DNA of 63,905 nucleotides, the filler included, from Octopus bimaculoides (Eukaryota): NCBI RefSeq assembly GCF_001194135.2. It is 6 parts of 6 records of this genome, joined end to end, with 100 filler letters (N's around TTAATTAATTAA, not from the genome) between each part and the next. Parts side by side here need not be neighbours in the genome. Positions count along the whole stretch, not along the records: positions 62,275 to 63,905 come from NC_068988.1; 5 more parts are not named here. One strand, written 5' to 3'. The translations under genes and the position numbers were made by a program. The notes below the pieces were generated by a model. The model was not told where the DNA came from. It ran no database searches and saw nothing but the letters and a program-made list of their open reading frames with translations. Below are positions 63,856 to 63,905 of the stretch, piece by piece. Every line of letters starts with the position of its first letter. Position 1 is the first letter of the stretch.

Positions 63856-63905
<50 letters not shown>

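Overview
AT-rich, microsatellite- and transposon-dense animal DNA with many N gaps. The repeat families and gene content point to an octopus genome (inference). Five identical 100-nt spacers (44 N + TTAATTAATTAA + 44 N) show that the window is six assembly pieces stitched together. Only two host protein-coding features are supported. (1) An apparently intronless Cys-loop (pentameric ligand-gated ion channel) gene at about 19.65-21.08 kb (+). It keeps the Cys-loop and a cation-type pore but has lost the acetylcholine-binding residues, which is the signature of the cephalopod chemotactile ('taste by touch') receptor family. (2) Coding exon 1 of a beta-hexosaminidase (GH20) gene at 46.52-46.88 kb (-), in a CpG-rich island; its later exons were not found. 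The rest is mostly decayed mobile DNA: RTE, CR1-like and Tx1-like LINEs, mariner and Tc1 transposons, a Helitron helicase remnant, several tRNA-derived SINE families, MITE-like inverted repeats, a 40-bp tandem array and simple repeats. One SINE family carries a minimal hammerhead-ribozyme-like tail. Repeat boundaries and identities were estimated by eye and are approximate.
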